A DNA stretch of 64,000 nucleotides from Takakia lepidozioides (Eukaryota; Plantae; Bryophyta): NCBI GenBank assembly GCA_030704615.1, contig CM060732.1, positions 45,756,001 to 45,820,000 of the forward strand, written 5' to 3'. Positions within the stretch are counted from its first letter, which is position 1; every line of letters begins with the position of its first letter. The position numbers were made by a program, and so were the translations under genes. The notes under the pieces are model-generated. The model was not told the origin of the DNA, ran no database searches, and saw only the letters and a program-made list of their open reading frames with translations. Of this stretch, positions 37,743 through 51,058 are shown piece by piece.

Positions 37743-40700
37743 ATGGCTGCTGCCGAGCTCGTGAGAATGGCATCGGCCCCTGCGCTCCTCGCTCCATCTT
37801 CTGTGATCTCTGCAAGAGCTGGACTGGAGCAAACAAAGCAACAGATACCTTTTTCTTGGGCAAAAATGAGAGTGGGATTTGAAAGAGGGGGCAACTTAAG
37901 ATTCGGCAAGAGGCATTTACTACGCACGAGAAGTTACATCGATGATGCCGGGGTGTCGCTGGATGCCGATAAGCAAGCAGCTGTAGAACGTTCTGGTACG
38001 TATTTTTGTTTTTGGATAAACGCATTCCATCTGTGCTAAGCCCCAGGAATAGTGCTTGCACTCAACGTTATATAAGGTCAGCAGTATTTTCAAATACACT
38101 GTGAATGGGGAGACTGCTGTGGAAGAATCTGCGTCATTCTCATGAGGTTTAGGGTTAGGTTCTGGTTGTGAATTGGGCTTGCATCGGACTTTATTTATAG
38201 GGTCAGTCTATGTCCGAAAATTTGTGCCTGGGACAGTTCTCAAGCGAATTTGGTATTAAGGGTGATAGTAGCCCCATGGTTATGGCCAATTTGCTAAACT
38301 TAGACCTTCGCCTTCGTTATTTTACTTGTAAGAGCAACAAAATTGCGCAATTCAGAGACACGACAAGGACGCTTTTCTTGACATGCAGGTTCGGATGCCC
38401 AGAATTGAGTAGTATAGTTGAGTATCCTTCCTGATTTTTACCTCTCCTGGAAATGGCAGAATTGCCTGTGTTACTCTCGTGTACAGCCTTTCTCACTCCA
38501 GTTGCTCCCCAAGCCTTAAACTTTGTGTTTCTAAACAATGACTCACTAGATGAAAACGAGACAAGTTGTAGTGATTTTACATCAGACAATTGAGCGAGAG
38601 GCATATTATGTTTGATCTGAAGCTTTGGAACCATTGTTTTGTAGCAAATTGAAGTTTTGAGGTGTGCCTTCTAGATGCTGGAGGAGGGAAGACAATGCCA
38701 TTGCAGGATACACAAGCCAGCACATCGGGGACTCTCTACCCAATTTTGGCATCACACAGCCAGGGACATTTACAGGTGTCAAAACTGCACACCATCTACT
38801 ACGAGGTCTTTGGGAATCCTGAAGGGAAGCCTGCCGTTTGTAAGTTTGTGCTTCAAAATTGGCGTCTGTGTTTCTGTCCTTCTCTTCTTGGACGGATTTG
38901 CGAGATCCTAATTTTTTCTGTATTTAATCCTGCCACACAATTGTTGATCTGTGTCTACATCTTATTCTCATCTTCAAGTAGTTCCTGAGTGTAACGTGGT
39001 GCTATTACTGTACACACTCTGCACAAGCACCCTTTATGTCTGTTGCACTGTGAAAATGTGAGATTATATGCAGAAGGTAACACGTTGTTCTATGCACTTG
39101 TGGGACAGTCCTTCATGGAGGTCCAGGTGCTGGATGCTCAGACAGGCAGGCTCGCCTGTTCGATCCACAACATTATCGAATTGTGCTATTTGATCAGAGA
39201 GCGTGTGGGAAGTCCAGCCCACGTGGGTGTCTCGAGGAGAACACAACTTGGGATCTTGTGGCTGACATAGAGAAACTCAGACTGCACCTAGGAGTAACCA
39301 AGTAATCTTTCGTTCTCTCTCTCTCTCTCTCTCTCCAAAAGGCACATAGGGTCTTGTCAAGATATACCAAAGCAGCACTGGATTGACTGATCTTTTCTAG
39401 TATGATGTTGTTGCCAGCCCTTGATTGACTTTTACAAGAACTGTATTGGCACTACTTCCAAGCAGATTTCATACCCTAGTGGGTGAAAATTGCATGACCA
39501 AAAGTCGGGCATGCAAAAACCACGAGGACAATCCTCACAAAATAGTAATTCTGTTCCTCTATCTCTCCTCCCTCCAGCACCTGCCTCTCTCTCCCCCTTC
39601 AAGTACTGAATAATGAATATTGCATTATATTTGGACAAGGGCAGAACATCTGCCAAACATGTCCTACGGCATGTAGTATGAAGGCTTAGTCGAATCTTAA
39701 AATTGTAGCAAGTCTGTTGTCAAACTTGTTGTACACAAATTGGTATAGAGGGCTTAGCCAACTCTTGAATTTGTAGCATGTCTACTGCTCACAGATTATT
39801 GTTTGGAAGCCATGGGATGGGCTTGAATGGAGTACTGCTGGATTGCTGGAGAGCTTGCAGGAACCTATGCTCTGCAAATGAGTGTTTCTGATAGAGTGCA
39901 CCCGTTAGCTGTTTCTGTGTCTTCATTCAACATGGCCAAAATGTGGCTGCATAGTGTCCAATACAGGTGTTGGAAATTGGGATCAGGACAGGAGCTCACT
40001 TGGTCTTGCATGACACATTATTTCACATGAAGGTTAACAGTATGTGCTCCTTACCAACAGTTTGTGTGGAGGAGAACCCTGATCTGAACGGTGAGATGAA
40101 TGCAGATGGATGGTGATGGGAGGATCCTGGGGAGTGACACTGGCACTAGCATATACTCAAGCCCACCCAGATGCAGTGGCTGCCCTAATTTTACGAGGCG
40201 TATGCTTGCTACGACCCCGAGAGATTGATTGGTTCTATAAGCAGGTCACTCCTCTGTAATCCAATCGGTGTGAGAGGAGAGAGGGACAATCTAGCTGGTT
40301 TTCCAGTCAGCCAGCGAGCAACTAGGTATGTTCCGATGATGGGCAATAAGTGGATGGTGGGTAGTTGGAGCAGGCTGAGGAGTTGTGGGGTGATGGTCAC
40401 TAGCTGACAATTCTTTCAAAGAGGTTGCAACATGTGGGTCAGCTATGCAAGTCATTTTGTCCACTAATATGGCGTGGTGGGGATGGTGGCATGTTTGGGC
40501 AGGGTGCAAATGCACTGTATCCATTTGGGTGGGAACAGCTGTTGTCTGTTCTAGATCCATCTGAGCAGCAGAATGTTCTCTCTGCATTTTACCAGCGCCT
40601 AACATCTACAGACTCTTCAACCCAACAACAAGCTGTATGTCCCATCACATTTCACATGAGCTTGTTCTTCCTTGTACAACAATTTGACACAGAAAATAGT

Positions 40701-43700
40701 TTATATAGCTACCTGTTATGTGCTAACTCTCTTTCTCTTGTCAGCAAGTACAAGCGCTGAAGACTACTAAAGGTGCAGTGGTGACTTCATCGGTTGACAT
40801 TGTCAAAACCTTTGAAACTCACTACAGTATCCTTGGCAGAACTTCTAAGTCTAACCGTGAGGGGTCTTCTGCTGAATGGAGGGACACAGTTGGAAAAACT
40901 GTTCCTATGATTCAAAACAGCCCTGATGAACTGGAGTATATTTCAATGGCTTATAACTCTCCCATTAGTTCTTCTGAGATTGTGGAAGCAATTGAACATT
41001 TAAACGGATATAAAGCTGGTGGACCTGATGGTATAGTCAACGAGCTTATCAAGCACGGCGGCGATCCCATGATAGAGGCCCTAGTTCTCCTCTTTAACCT
41101 TATCTGGAAGACTGAAATGATCCCCTTTCGCTGGCGACAGGGGTCATTGTCAATCTATACAAGAAGGGTGACAGAGAAGAACCGGAGAACTACCGTGACA
41201 TCACGCTCCTCAATGCTGTTGGCAAGACATTCTGCAGAGTTCTAAGTACTCGCATCGAGGTTGATCTGGAGTCTAGAGGTTGTTTCCACGAAGGCCAAGC
41301 TGGCTTTTGGCGAAACAGGGGCTGTGTGGATCATATTTTCACTCTAAGCCAGATTATCCAGGGAAGGAAAAAAGAAGGGAAACCCACTTATGTTTTTTTC
41401 CTGGATGTCAAAAAGGCTTATGACACAGTGTGGAGAGATGGCCTATGGTTCCGCCTCTGGTCTTGTGGGATCAAGGGAAAGATGTGGAGAGTTGTCCACA
41501 ACTTGTATGCTCACACCAAAAGCTGTGTCACTGTTAACGGACAGAAGTCCAACTTCTTTGACATAGACCAAGGTGTAGCTCAAGGATGTACTCTCTCCCC
41601 TCTGCTCTTCAATGTTTTCATCAATCAACTCCTCGAGGATGTGGAAAGTGAGGGATTTGGGTTAAGGGTGGGTGATACCACCATACCAGCCCTTATGTTT
41701 GCGGATGACTTCGCAGGCATAGGGGAGACTCCAACCAATCTCCAGGAGTTGATTGATCGTGCGAAGAGATGCTTTGATCTTTGGGGACTAGAGGCTAATG
41801 TCAGCAAATGTTCAGTGGTAGCATTCAACGACAGAGGAGAGGGAGGAAGTGATCTTAAGTGGCAGTGGTGTAGCCAAGAGATCCCGGTCCTCCCTTCCTA
41901 CACTTACCTGGGCATTGAGTTTTCTCCAATTGTAATTGGGATGCACATATCCTGAAAGTTGTTCAAACTGGCAAGGGCAAAGCTCTGGGGCTCACTAAAT
42001 TTTTCCACTGCAGAGGGGTCAACTCTGAGGTTGAGAAAACCATGCTTTGTCGCGTTATTAGACCTGCCTTGGAGTACGGATCTGCAATATGGGTTGATAA
42101 CTCCAACCAGGCTAAGTCTCTAGAATCCATTCAAGTGGGGGTGCTTAAGGAGTGTATGTCAGCATGCTCCAAAACAGCCAATGTGGCTGTTCGGGGTGAG
42201 TTTGGCATTCCGTCCTTAAGCTCTTGACGAGATGAATTCAAGGTCAGATGGTGGGGTCAGCTGCAACATATGTCCAACACCAGATATCCTAAGTTAATCG
42301 ACTCTATATCTTGGGAACAGGACCACCCTGTCAAACAGGCTAAGTCCTGGCAGAAGAGAGTAGAAGAGATTCTCAAGGACCTGGACCTGGAACCGCAAGT
42401 CTTGACCCTGCTGGATAAATCTGACTTAGAGGCTGTAGTGTCCAAAGCCATGTCTGTTGCCATGAGATTGTCTGATGAAAATGAAGTTAGGCAGAAAACT
42501 TCCCTGAACTTGTTTCCAGTCAGTGACATGGGGGAGGACATCTTGGATGACCTCAAGGGTCTACCCACTCTTGGCACTAGACTGAAATTTAAACTCAGGG
42601 CAGGAAGCCTACCTTTGAACAGCAAACAGAAGCAGAGAGGAAAGGGAGAGTGCAATTGCCCGTTGTGTGGGCAACCTGAAGACAGTATTCATTTTCTGAT
42701 ACACTGTCCGGGGTTCTCTCACCAAAGAGACGCTCTCTTCAAATCTATCAAGGGAATTGTGCCTGTACCTCTGTTTACCAACTTTGAAAGTCTCGAGGCT
42801 GAGCCAAAAGCCCAGGCCCTCCTGAGGCCTAGTTCTTGGGCAAATCACACACAGCAGATTGATGCTTGTGTGAAGGGATTTCTGGAGGATATCTGGAAAA
42901 CCCGGATTAATTCTATATATGAAGGTAAGTCTTACCACCAACGTCAGCCCCTGACAGAGGTAGGTTCTGTCTCCTTTTGTTTCCGCTCAAACTGGGCGCG
43001 GGGTCAATGGCCACAAGGCTACGGCAAACAACGTCTTATGAGTACAATCTCTTTCTCGAAAAGATGCAGAGAGGAGAGGGAGATTGTCAATGCCCAATGT
43101 GAGGGCGGCCTGAAGATAACATCCATTTTCTGATACAATGTCCGGGGTATTCTCATCAGAGAGCGACCCTTGTCAGGACCATCAAGAATATAGTCCCTGC
43201 ACCTCTGTTCAACATCTTTCAAAATCTCGAGGCTGAGCCTAAAGCGGCCCTGTTGGGGTCTATTTGCTGGGTCACACACAGCAGATTGATGCTTGTGTGA
43301 AGGGCTTTCTAGAGAAATCTGGAAAGCTTGAACCAATTGCTTATACCAAGTAGTTCCCACTACTGGAGTGAGTCCCTCTCTTGTTCCGCCCAGACTGGGG
43401 GGACGGCCACAAGGCTATGGCAAACAATGTCTCATGAGTACATTCTCTTTCCCACACAAGCCAGATGGGTTATTTGTAATTTGTATGTGTGACAATGTCC
43501 TAGAAGGAGGTGGTGGCATGCAGGCGCAAGCGTGGCTGCGATGGGAGATGGGGTTGAGCTTTTTCTCATCATCACCCTCCGTGGTCAGCTGGGATGGCCA
43601 CCAGTACCTCGCCCTCCCCTCCCTGGTATGGTGTTGTTACCTCACGTGCCATTAATTTTTGAGAGCGTTAAAGATAACATTTTTGGATGCAGGTTTCTAG

Positions 43701-45933
43701 TGAGTCCAATATTGGATGTGATGTTTTGTGCTTTTCAGTAACTATCCTAGATGTTGATGTTTGTCAGCAGCCATGGATGTCTATGTCGTGGTGTGATGGT
43801 AAGTAGGCAGGAGTGTATGTTGGCAGTTACATAGGTCTGGCTTATGTGTATGTATGCTGGAGACTGACTCACTAAGTTTAAAGGCTGCAGTGAAATTGTT
43901 CTCTGCTTTTGTTAATTGCTGTTTAGTGCTACCCTATAAGGTTCTTCTGTGTCTTCTTCATTGATCATCTATTGTGATCTATTTTCCCTATCATCGGTTA
44001 CCTTTAGATTGTATGTGGAGTCTTCTTTGCACTTACATGATTATATTGTCTGTTTGTAGCAGAAAGTGTATGCTTTTGTTTGAAATCTATAAAACACATG
44101 TCACATATAAGTGTATTTCGTACCCTGCATGTATTGGGGTACAATCTTCAGTACGTAGCTCAGTATGTAGCTTGACCTGATTTCCTAGCTGCTGTTGAGG
44201 CTTCCATTGTAGGCTGGAGAGGGGGAGCAAAGTCACAACAGGAAAGGGGAGACCCAGAAGACACATGCAGGTAGTGGGATCGTACCCTCTTTTGTCAGCT
44301 CTTGGGGTTTTCCTCCTTATTCCACTCCTGAAACTTCTCCCTCAATGCACTGCCACTATTGAACTTGCAGGACAATCGACATTATCATCAACATCATCAC
44401 CACGTTCTTCCAGGGTGACATCTCAGTCGTCGCAGTCCAAGTCACATAGTACCGGAGGCGCCATGTCATCCCAAGTTGCGCAAGCACGATTGGAATGCCA
44501 TTACTTCGTATGTTCTCGTTGCCTTCTCGAAAGACGTGCTTGATGTTATCAATGAGTGTGTATTTGCTTTGATGGATCCACTAATTGCAGGTTTTGAAAC
44601 TTGTCACTATGCAGTCTTGAATGTCGATAATGGTAAGGTTTATGAAGTCTTGAGATCCTTCTTAGAAAGAAGCATTTCTTTGCAGAGTCTTTTATTAAGT
44701 TCCCTTTCATGTCTATAATATATAACAGAACCTTCTGCTTATCGAGTGTGCAAGGAATCTCGAGTACATGTCAAAGCTTAAGGGGCGGAGTGCTCTAGAG
44801 CTCTTTTTGTTGTTCTCATCAAGAAAGTGTTCACAAGTTTCACCCAAGGAATATGCGGGTTCAGGTAAATGGGGGCTTTCTGAGAGACAATCAGTTGCTG
44901 CAAGAGATACCTAAAATGCGACACATTCCAGGGTTTATTGTGCAAGGCCGCTACGACTTTGTGTGCCCGCTTGCAGTGAGTTTTCTTGCAACTGGCTCCC
45001 TGTTTTTTTGGCTACTGACTGGAGATGTAACCTTCTATAGGACGGTTGAAATCCATGCAATGTCACTAAAGCAAATCTCATATCCATCTACTTGTATTGT
45101 TTAGTCAGTTTAAAACTCAAGGCTGTGATCTCCTTTCAATTAGACCATTAAGTGACGAACCCAGCATGCTCTGTTGTTCTCCATCCAGTAGTATAATTTT
45201 GGGGGAAAGTGAGTGCCGGACAAAATTTGAGTGTACAAGAGGGAGAGGCTTAGTGTTATGATACTGGATCTGGTGGCATGTGCGTGGGATGATTGGTTGG
45301 GTCAGAATGCATTTGACTTGCACCGAGCGTGGCCAGAGGCTCAGCTTCGGATTGGTAGGAGCTGCTCTCCATTCCGTTGTTTATTCTTGTCTTCTATGGT
45401 GTTGGAGCTTTCTGGGGCATTAGTACACTTCCTTTCCTTCTCTCTTTGATTCTGAAAGGCTGTTATCAAACTCATATTCAAAGGTTGCCACTGTAATGAG
45501 TTTTCTGTGATGGTAGTGGCCCATGTAGGTTCTTGTCCCCTCTCCTACACATCTTTTCCTCTCTGTCACTTCAGACTACTGGCTAGTTGGACCCCTGCCC
45601 GATGTAACTTAAGCCTAGTTGGTCATTTAACTTGTGCAAGATATCCAGTATCAAAGATTGAGCACTTTTTGATGTGTTGTATGGTGCACAGCCTTTGGTA
45701 GTGCATTGCACGTTGTCTACGGCAGCCTGTACCATCGTGGAATTGCCATTCATTTTCCAGACATTTATCCTTGATATTATGAGGCTGATCCATTTGCTGC
45801 CCTTAAATTGTCGTTGTTCTAAGAAAGGGTGTGCTTTTGTACAGTGCCAAATGCGGGGCATTCAATGTACGAACGAGGGATTCTTTACGAACTGGTGCAT
45901 GCAACCGATTTTTTCAAGCAAGTAGACTACTAA
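37743..45933 (+). CDS. PIP: Proline iminopeptidase (S33 alpha/beta hydrolase), 11 exons, probable organellar transit peptide
   Basis: Exons 37743-37995, 38675-38839, 39109-39301, 40106-40244, 40503-40634, 43524-43625, 44213-44270, 44371-44507, 44865-44975, 45306-45354, 45845-45933. Motifs GNPEGKPAVFLHGGPG, FDQRACGKS, GGSWG (Ser), QGRYDFVCP (Asp), PNAGHSMYE (His). Confidence 0.92.
40740..43450 (+). mobile_element. 5'-truncated non-LTR retrotransposon (LINE RT + zf-RVT) in PIP intron 5
   Basis: KAGGPDGIVNEL, LDVKKAYDTV, GVAQGCTLSPLLFN, FADDF, YTYLG, CPLCG...HFLIHCP; frameshifts and a stop. The 3' segment is duplicated in degenerate form at ~43065-43450. Confidence 0.92.
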
Positions 45934-45999
45934 GCTTCCCATTTGTCGCTTACATATCTTAAAATTGACACATCAGCTCTCTAAAGAAATCCATTTCCT

Positions 46000-47450
46000 A
46001 TTCTTGGGTCTTAGACCCTATAAGGACAGCCTCATAGGATGTACTCATAAGAAGTTGTTTGTTATAGCTTGTGGCCATTGACACCATGCCCAGTTTGGGC
46101 GGAACTAGAGGGAAACAGACACTTACCTTTGTGAGGGGCTCACTCCAGTAGTGGGACAGCATCATAGAGAGTGACAGAGTCGCCAAAGCAGCTTTTTCGA
46201 GTAGTAGCATTAAGATCATACATTATCTGTTCCTTGTAACAGTACAGTCACCATGTAGGAGAGCATTCACGGTCATATTTCAAAAAATCTCAACCTGGAT
46301 CTTGTGCGATCCATATTTACCCTAATGAAAGCTTAAACAGTCTTGTCCAAGTAGGGGAATTGTGTCTGTTGGCGGTTTCCAACAAAGAAAACGTCATCTA
46401 TGTTAGAAACAAGAATAGCTAGCCACCATCTCATATGATACAGGGAGCCATATGATGAGTATGGTAATAACAGTGCACTGTCCTCATTATTCTATTTTTT
46501 GTATGAAGAGTGTAATTTATCTAAACAATACATTCTTGTGTACTGCTCCACATGCTCCACCGGTACCTCATGGATGGAACTGCTTACAGTCACATTCTTC
46601 CCATGCATTGAAAGCATTTCTGGGCCAATGGTTGTCAAGCAACAAACAAATGAGATTATTGATGAGATATCTGGACTGCTTGGCACCCAGTTTTCTGGGG
46701 CATGTAACAAGAAGGTCCAGCTTCCCTCACATACAGCTAGGGAACATAAGAAGGTAGGAAGTCTTAGAAATTTGCAAGGTAAGCGAGGATACTTGCCAGT
46801 TGATTCAGGAGGTTGGGTGGAATAAGTTCGCACAAAACAAAATTCATGTCATTGAATAGCATTCAGCTGCAAAGAGAGCCGGCGTATCTTTCAAGGATTG
46901 CATGTGTAAACAAGCTTTTCCATTATGGCCCCCCCACATTGCGGTGTAACGGTGTCTGATTGATACATAATAGGCAAGTTTTCCAAATGTGAGCAGCAGT
47001 CATTGGAAATCTTATCAAACTTGGGACAAAAGTATTACCTCCAAACACATCCCCCAGCCTCTATCTTCTACTTTGATGAAGGTAATAACTCAGATAAGTC
47101 TTTATTTTTGCTGCTGAAGTGTGAGAGTATGGATGATGGACGTGATGAACTGTAATATACCTCCATGCAGGTAATGCAACCGGGTGGTTTCTGCTGAACC
47201 TTGTGGATTTTGGTGGGAGGATGTACTAGCCAGTTTAGTCTGGCAAACAAGTAAAGCAAAGAAGAAACTTTCCGGTATGTCAGCCTCTGGCTTGGATGCA
47301 TTGAAGGTGTGGGGTGTGCAGTGTTGGATTTGGTCGCATCCGACAGTGGTGAAGATTTGCAGTGTTTGACATCATGGGTTCTACTGTCTTCCGGGGTCTG
47401 TTTCTGTTTCAAAATGCTCCCAGATCTAAGAGCAGGGTCTCCTGGTGGTA
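46000..47450 (-). pseudogene. Possible highly decayed hAT-like transposase remnant
   Basis: BED-finger-like pieces in shifting frames (IWEHFETETD...; KHCKSSPLSDATKSN...H). The rest is too decayed to verify. Confidence 0.3.
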
Positions 47451-48163
47451 CTTGGACCTTTTTGGCGATCCAAATTCAAAGGTTTTTGCTAAAGGTGGGA
47501 GCTGGGCAGAAACCGCAATTGTTGCCTGCAGGTGGAACCATCAGCAAACTGTGCGATGAATTCCCAGCAGGACGACAGCATGTTCATTGGAGATGAAGCG
47601 GGGGCCAACACTTCAAAAACTCACATCCGGGTAAGCTTGCTACTCACTCCCACTAAAATCTGTCCCCCTTGACAATCTTCTATATTGGGCCAGTATGCAG
47701 GTCAAGCTTTGAGAGCGCTTCAAATGATTGGGAACCCAGAGACCATAGGCCTTTCAGTGATTGTATGTCTTGTCTCGTGAATGGTGTGATCGCGGTTTAG
47801 GGGTTTTAGATGGGTTTTGGTGTTAGGGGAAAAGAATTTTGAGGAGCTCGCCTCCTTTTCTGAGATATGAAACTGTCAGCCCAAGCCATTTTGTTAGCCC
47901 TACCTGGAAGGATGGTGCGGCCGATAATGGTCTCACGGACCTCAATACTCGGCCCATCCAAGTCATCGCATGCTGGGAATTCTCTTCGGGCCCTTCGTCT
48001 TTGTGAAGGCAACACACGAACTTCAAGTACTTTGGTTGGTGCAAAGAAATTGATTTGGTCTTCAAACTGCTGATGCAGTTTATGGATGTAGGATTTCAAA
48101 GCCTAAAACCTGCAAAATTTTGTAATCTCACGCAGGTCTGCGGGGTTCCAATTATGGAATCAA

Positions 48164-50932
48164 ATGCAGTTGTATGTGTGGCATCAAAGTAACGCCAAGG
48201 TTATTGGTCTTGGCATGTCCACCATTATGACGGGCTTCAGTAAAGCGCCAAAAGAAGAGCAAAAAGTGGAAAGAGGCAGTAGGGATTCATTTGATCTTGG
48301 TGGGAAAGTGAACACTCTGTGTAGGCAGGGACGATTGGATGAGGCAGTGCACATGTTGGATATTCTTGACCAACGACAGGTTCAGGTCTACTCAGATACC
48401 TATGCCTGTCTCCTGCAGGGGTGTGCAAAGATGAAAGCCCTGGCAGATGGTAAGCGGGTTCATGCCCACTTGAGGCAAAGTGGAATGGAGCCTGACATCG
48501 TTCTAGGTAACACCCTTGTCAACATGTATGCCAAGTGTGGGAGTCTTCTGGATGCACGGCAAGTATTTGACAAAATGTCTTTACGAGATGTGGTTTCTTG
48601 GACTGCAATGATATCAGGCTATGCTCAGCAAGGATACAGTGAAGAGGCTTACGAACTCTTTTCGCTGATGCAAAGAGAAGGTATCAAGCCAAATCAGGTC
48701 ACCTTCATTAGTGTCCTCAACACATGTAGCGGTCCAGAAGCCCTTAAACATGGTAAGGAGGTCCATGCCCACATCGTCAAAGCTGGCTTTGAGTCAGATG
48801 TCCGTGTGGGGAATACCCTCATCAGCATGTATGCCAAGTGCAGGAGTGTGATGGATATGGAACAAGTATTCTGCAAAATGTCCGACCGAAATTTGGTCTC
48901 ATGGAATGCCATGATTGCAGGATATGGGCAGAATCGTCATGCTAACAAAGCTTTTGACTTCTTTCGGCAAATGCAAAAAGAGGGCTTGAAGCCAGACAAG
49001 GTCACATACATTAGCATGCTCAATGCATGTGTGAGCATATTAGCCCTGGAAGAGGGCAAGCAGGTCCATGCCGACATTGTCAAAGCTGGATTTGAGACAA
49101 ATGTGTCTGTGGGGAATGGCCTTGTCAGCATGTATGCAAAGTGCGGTAGTATTGTGGATGCGTATCAAGTCTTTTACAAATCCCCTAAACAAGATGTGGT
49201 CTCATGGAATGCAATGATAGCAGGATTGGTACAGCATGGGTACACTGAGGAGGCTTTCCAAATGTTTCAGCAAATGCAACAAGAAGGCGTTAAGCCAAAC
49301 AAGATTACCTTCATCACAATACTCAATGCATGTGTGAGCCCACCAGCTCTGGAGCAGGGCAAGCAGGTTCATGGCCAGATCATTGAAACTGGATTCGAGT
49401 CAGATGTCCAGGTGGGGAGTGCCCTCGTCAGTATGTATGTCAGGTGTGGGGATTTAGTGGATGCATCCCAAGTGTTCAGTAAAATGCCTAAACGAAGTGT
49501 TGTATCATGGACTGCAATTATTACAGGATATGCCAAGCATGGTCATTGTAAGGAGGCTTTTGAATTCTTCTGGAAAATGCAAAAAGAAGGCCTGAAGGCT
49601 GACAAGGTCACTTTCATCAGCATCCTTGGTGCCTGTGCCTTCCCAGCAGCTCTGGGACAGGGCAAGTGGATTCATTCCAAGATCATCAAAACTGGTTTTG
49701 AGTCAGACATTCGCGTGGGAAATGCCCTTGTCAGCATGTATGCCAAGTGCGGGAGTATGGTAGATGCACACCAAGTGTTTGCCAAAATGCCGAAACGAGA
49801 TGTGGTCTCTTGGACTGCAATAATTGCAGGATGTACTGAGCAAGGGTATGGCGAAGAGGCATTTGAACTCTTTGGGCAAATGCAACAAGAAGGTGTAGAG
49901 CCCGACAAGGTGACTCTCATTTGCATCCTCAAAAGGTGTGCCAGCCCAGCTGTTCTAGGGCAGGGCAAGGGGCTTCATGCCCACATTGTCAGAGCTGGAT
50001 TTGAATCAGATGTCTATGTAGGAACTAGCCTTGTCCATATGTATGCCAAGTGTGGGAGTTTGGTGGATGCGCGAAAGATGTTTGAAAAAATGTCTAGGCG
50101 AGATGTGATTTCATGGAACGCAATGATTGCTGCATATATCCAGGAAGGGCTCACGGAAGAGGCATTTCAGCTCTTTCGGCAAATGCAACTAGAAGGCATC
50201 GCGCCTGACAAGGTCACCTTTGCTAGTATCCTCAACACATGTGGCAGGATAGCAGATCTGGAACATGGCAAGCAGGTCCATGCCCATATCATTGAAGCTG
50301 GCTTTGAGTCAGATGTCCGTGTCGGGAACACCCTTCTCAGCATGTATGTCAAGTGTGGAAGTCTGGTGGATGCACGCCAAGTTTTTGACAATATACCTGA
50401 ACAAGATGTGGTTTCATGGAATGCAATGATTGCAGGATACATTCAGCAAGGGCGCAGTGAAGAGGCATTTGAACTCTTCTGGCAAATGCAACGAGTAGGT
50501 ATGAAGCCTGACAAGCTCACGTTTGTTACCATCCTCAATGCCTGCACCAGCCCAGCGGCACTGGAACAGGGCAGGCGTGTACATGCCCACATCACGGAAG
50601 GTGGAGTTGAGGCAATTGTCTGTTTAGGGAATGCCCTTGTCAACATGTATGCCAGGTGTGGAAGTGTGGTGGATGCATGCCGAGTGTTTGACAACATGCC
50701 TTCACAGAATGTGGTTTCCTGGACTGCAATGATTGCAGGATATGCTCAGCATGGTCATGGTGAAGAAGCACTGGAGCTGTTTCGCAGAATGCAACAAGAA
50801 GGTGTGAAACCAGGCCAGTTCACCTTTGCTAGCATTTCTAATGCATGTGCCAGCATAGCAGCCTTGAACCAGGGCAAGCAGGCACCTGCACACATTGCGG
50901 GACTCCAGGCAGATGAAAACATCCCTAAGTGA
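48164..50932 (+). CDS. PLS-class pentatricopeptide repeat protein (922 aa), no E/DYW domain
   Basis: About eight tandem PLS triplets (DVVSWNAMIAGY...; PDKVTFISILNAC...GKQVH; ESDVRVGNALVSMYAKCG). Single exon. Degenerate PPR sequence continues briefly after the stop. Confidence 0.95.
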   Translation: MQLYVWHQSNAKVIGLGMSTIMTGFSKAPKEEQKVERGSRDSFDLGGKVNTLCRQGRLDEAVHMLDILDQRQVQVYSDTYACLLQGCAKMKALADGKRVHAHLRQSGMEPDIVLGNTLVNMYAKCGSLLDARQVFDKMSLRDVVSWTAMISGYAQQGYSEEAYELFSLMQREGIKPNQVTFISVLNTCSGPEALKHGKEVHAHIVKAGFESDVRVGNTLISMYAKCRSVMDMEQVFCKMSDRNLVSWNAMIAGYGQNRHANKAFDFFRQMQKEGLKPDKVTYISMLNACVSILALEEGKQVHADIVKAGFETNVSVGNGLVSMYAKCGSIVDAYQVFYKSPKQDVVSWNAMIAGLVQHGYTEEAFQMFQQMQQEGVKPNKITFITILNACVSPPALEQGKQVHGQIIETGFESDVQVGSALVSMYVRCGDLVDASQVFSKMPKRSVVSWTAIITGYAKHGHCKEAFEFFWKMQKEGLKADKVTFISILGACAFPAALGQGKWIHSKIIKTGFESDIRVGNALVSMYAKCGSMVDAHQVFAKMPKRDVVSWTAIIAGCTEQGYGEEAFELFGQMQQEGVEPDKVTLICILKRCASPAVLGQGKGLHAHIVRAGFESDVYVGTSLVHMYAKCGSLVDARKMFEKMSRRDVISWNAMIAAYIQEGLTEEAFQLFRQMQLEGIAPDKVTFASILNTCGRIADLEHGKQVHAHIIEAGFESDVRVGNTLLSMYVKCGSLVDARQVFDNIPEQDVVSWNAMIAGYIQQGRSEEAFELFWQMQRVGMKPDKLTFVTILNACTSPAALEQGRRVHAHITEGGVEAIVCLGNALVNMYARCGSVVDACRVFDNMPSQNVVSWTAMIAGYAQHGHGEEALELFRRMQQEGVKPGQFTFASISNACASIAALNQGKQAPAHIAGLQADENIPK

Positions 50933-51058
50933 GATTTGATCTTATGGACCAAAATGATTTTAGGATATGCTCAGCATGACTTCGGTGAAGGAGCGGATGC
51001 AAAAGGAAGGCTGACACCAAATGAGGTTACCTGATGAGCACCTGAACACATTTGCCAG

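Noticed and set aside
48237-50952. Antisense ORFs over the PPR, UGT, gag and transposase genes
   Set aside because: Shadow frames of real coding sequence.
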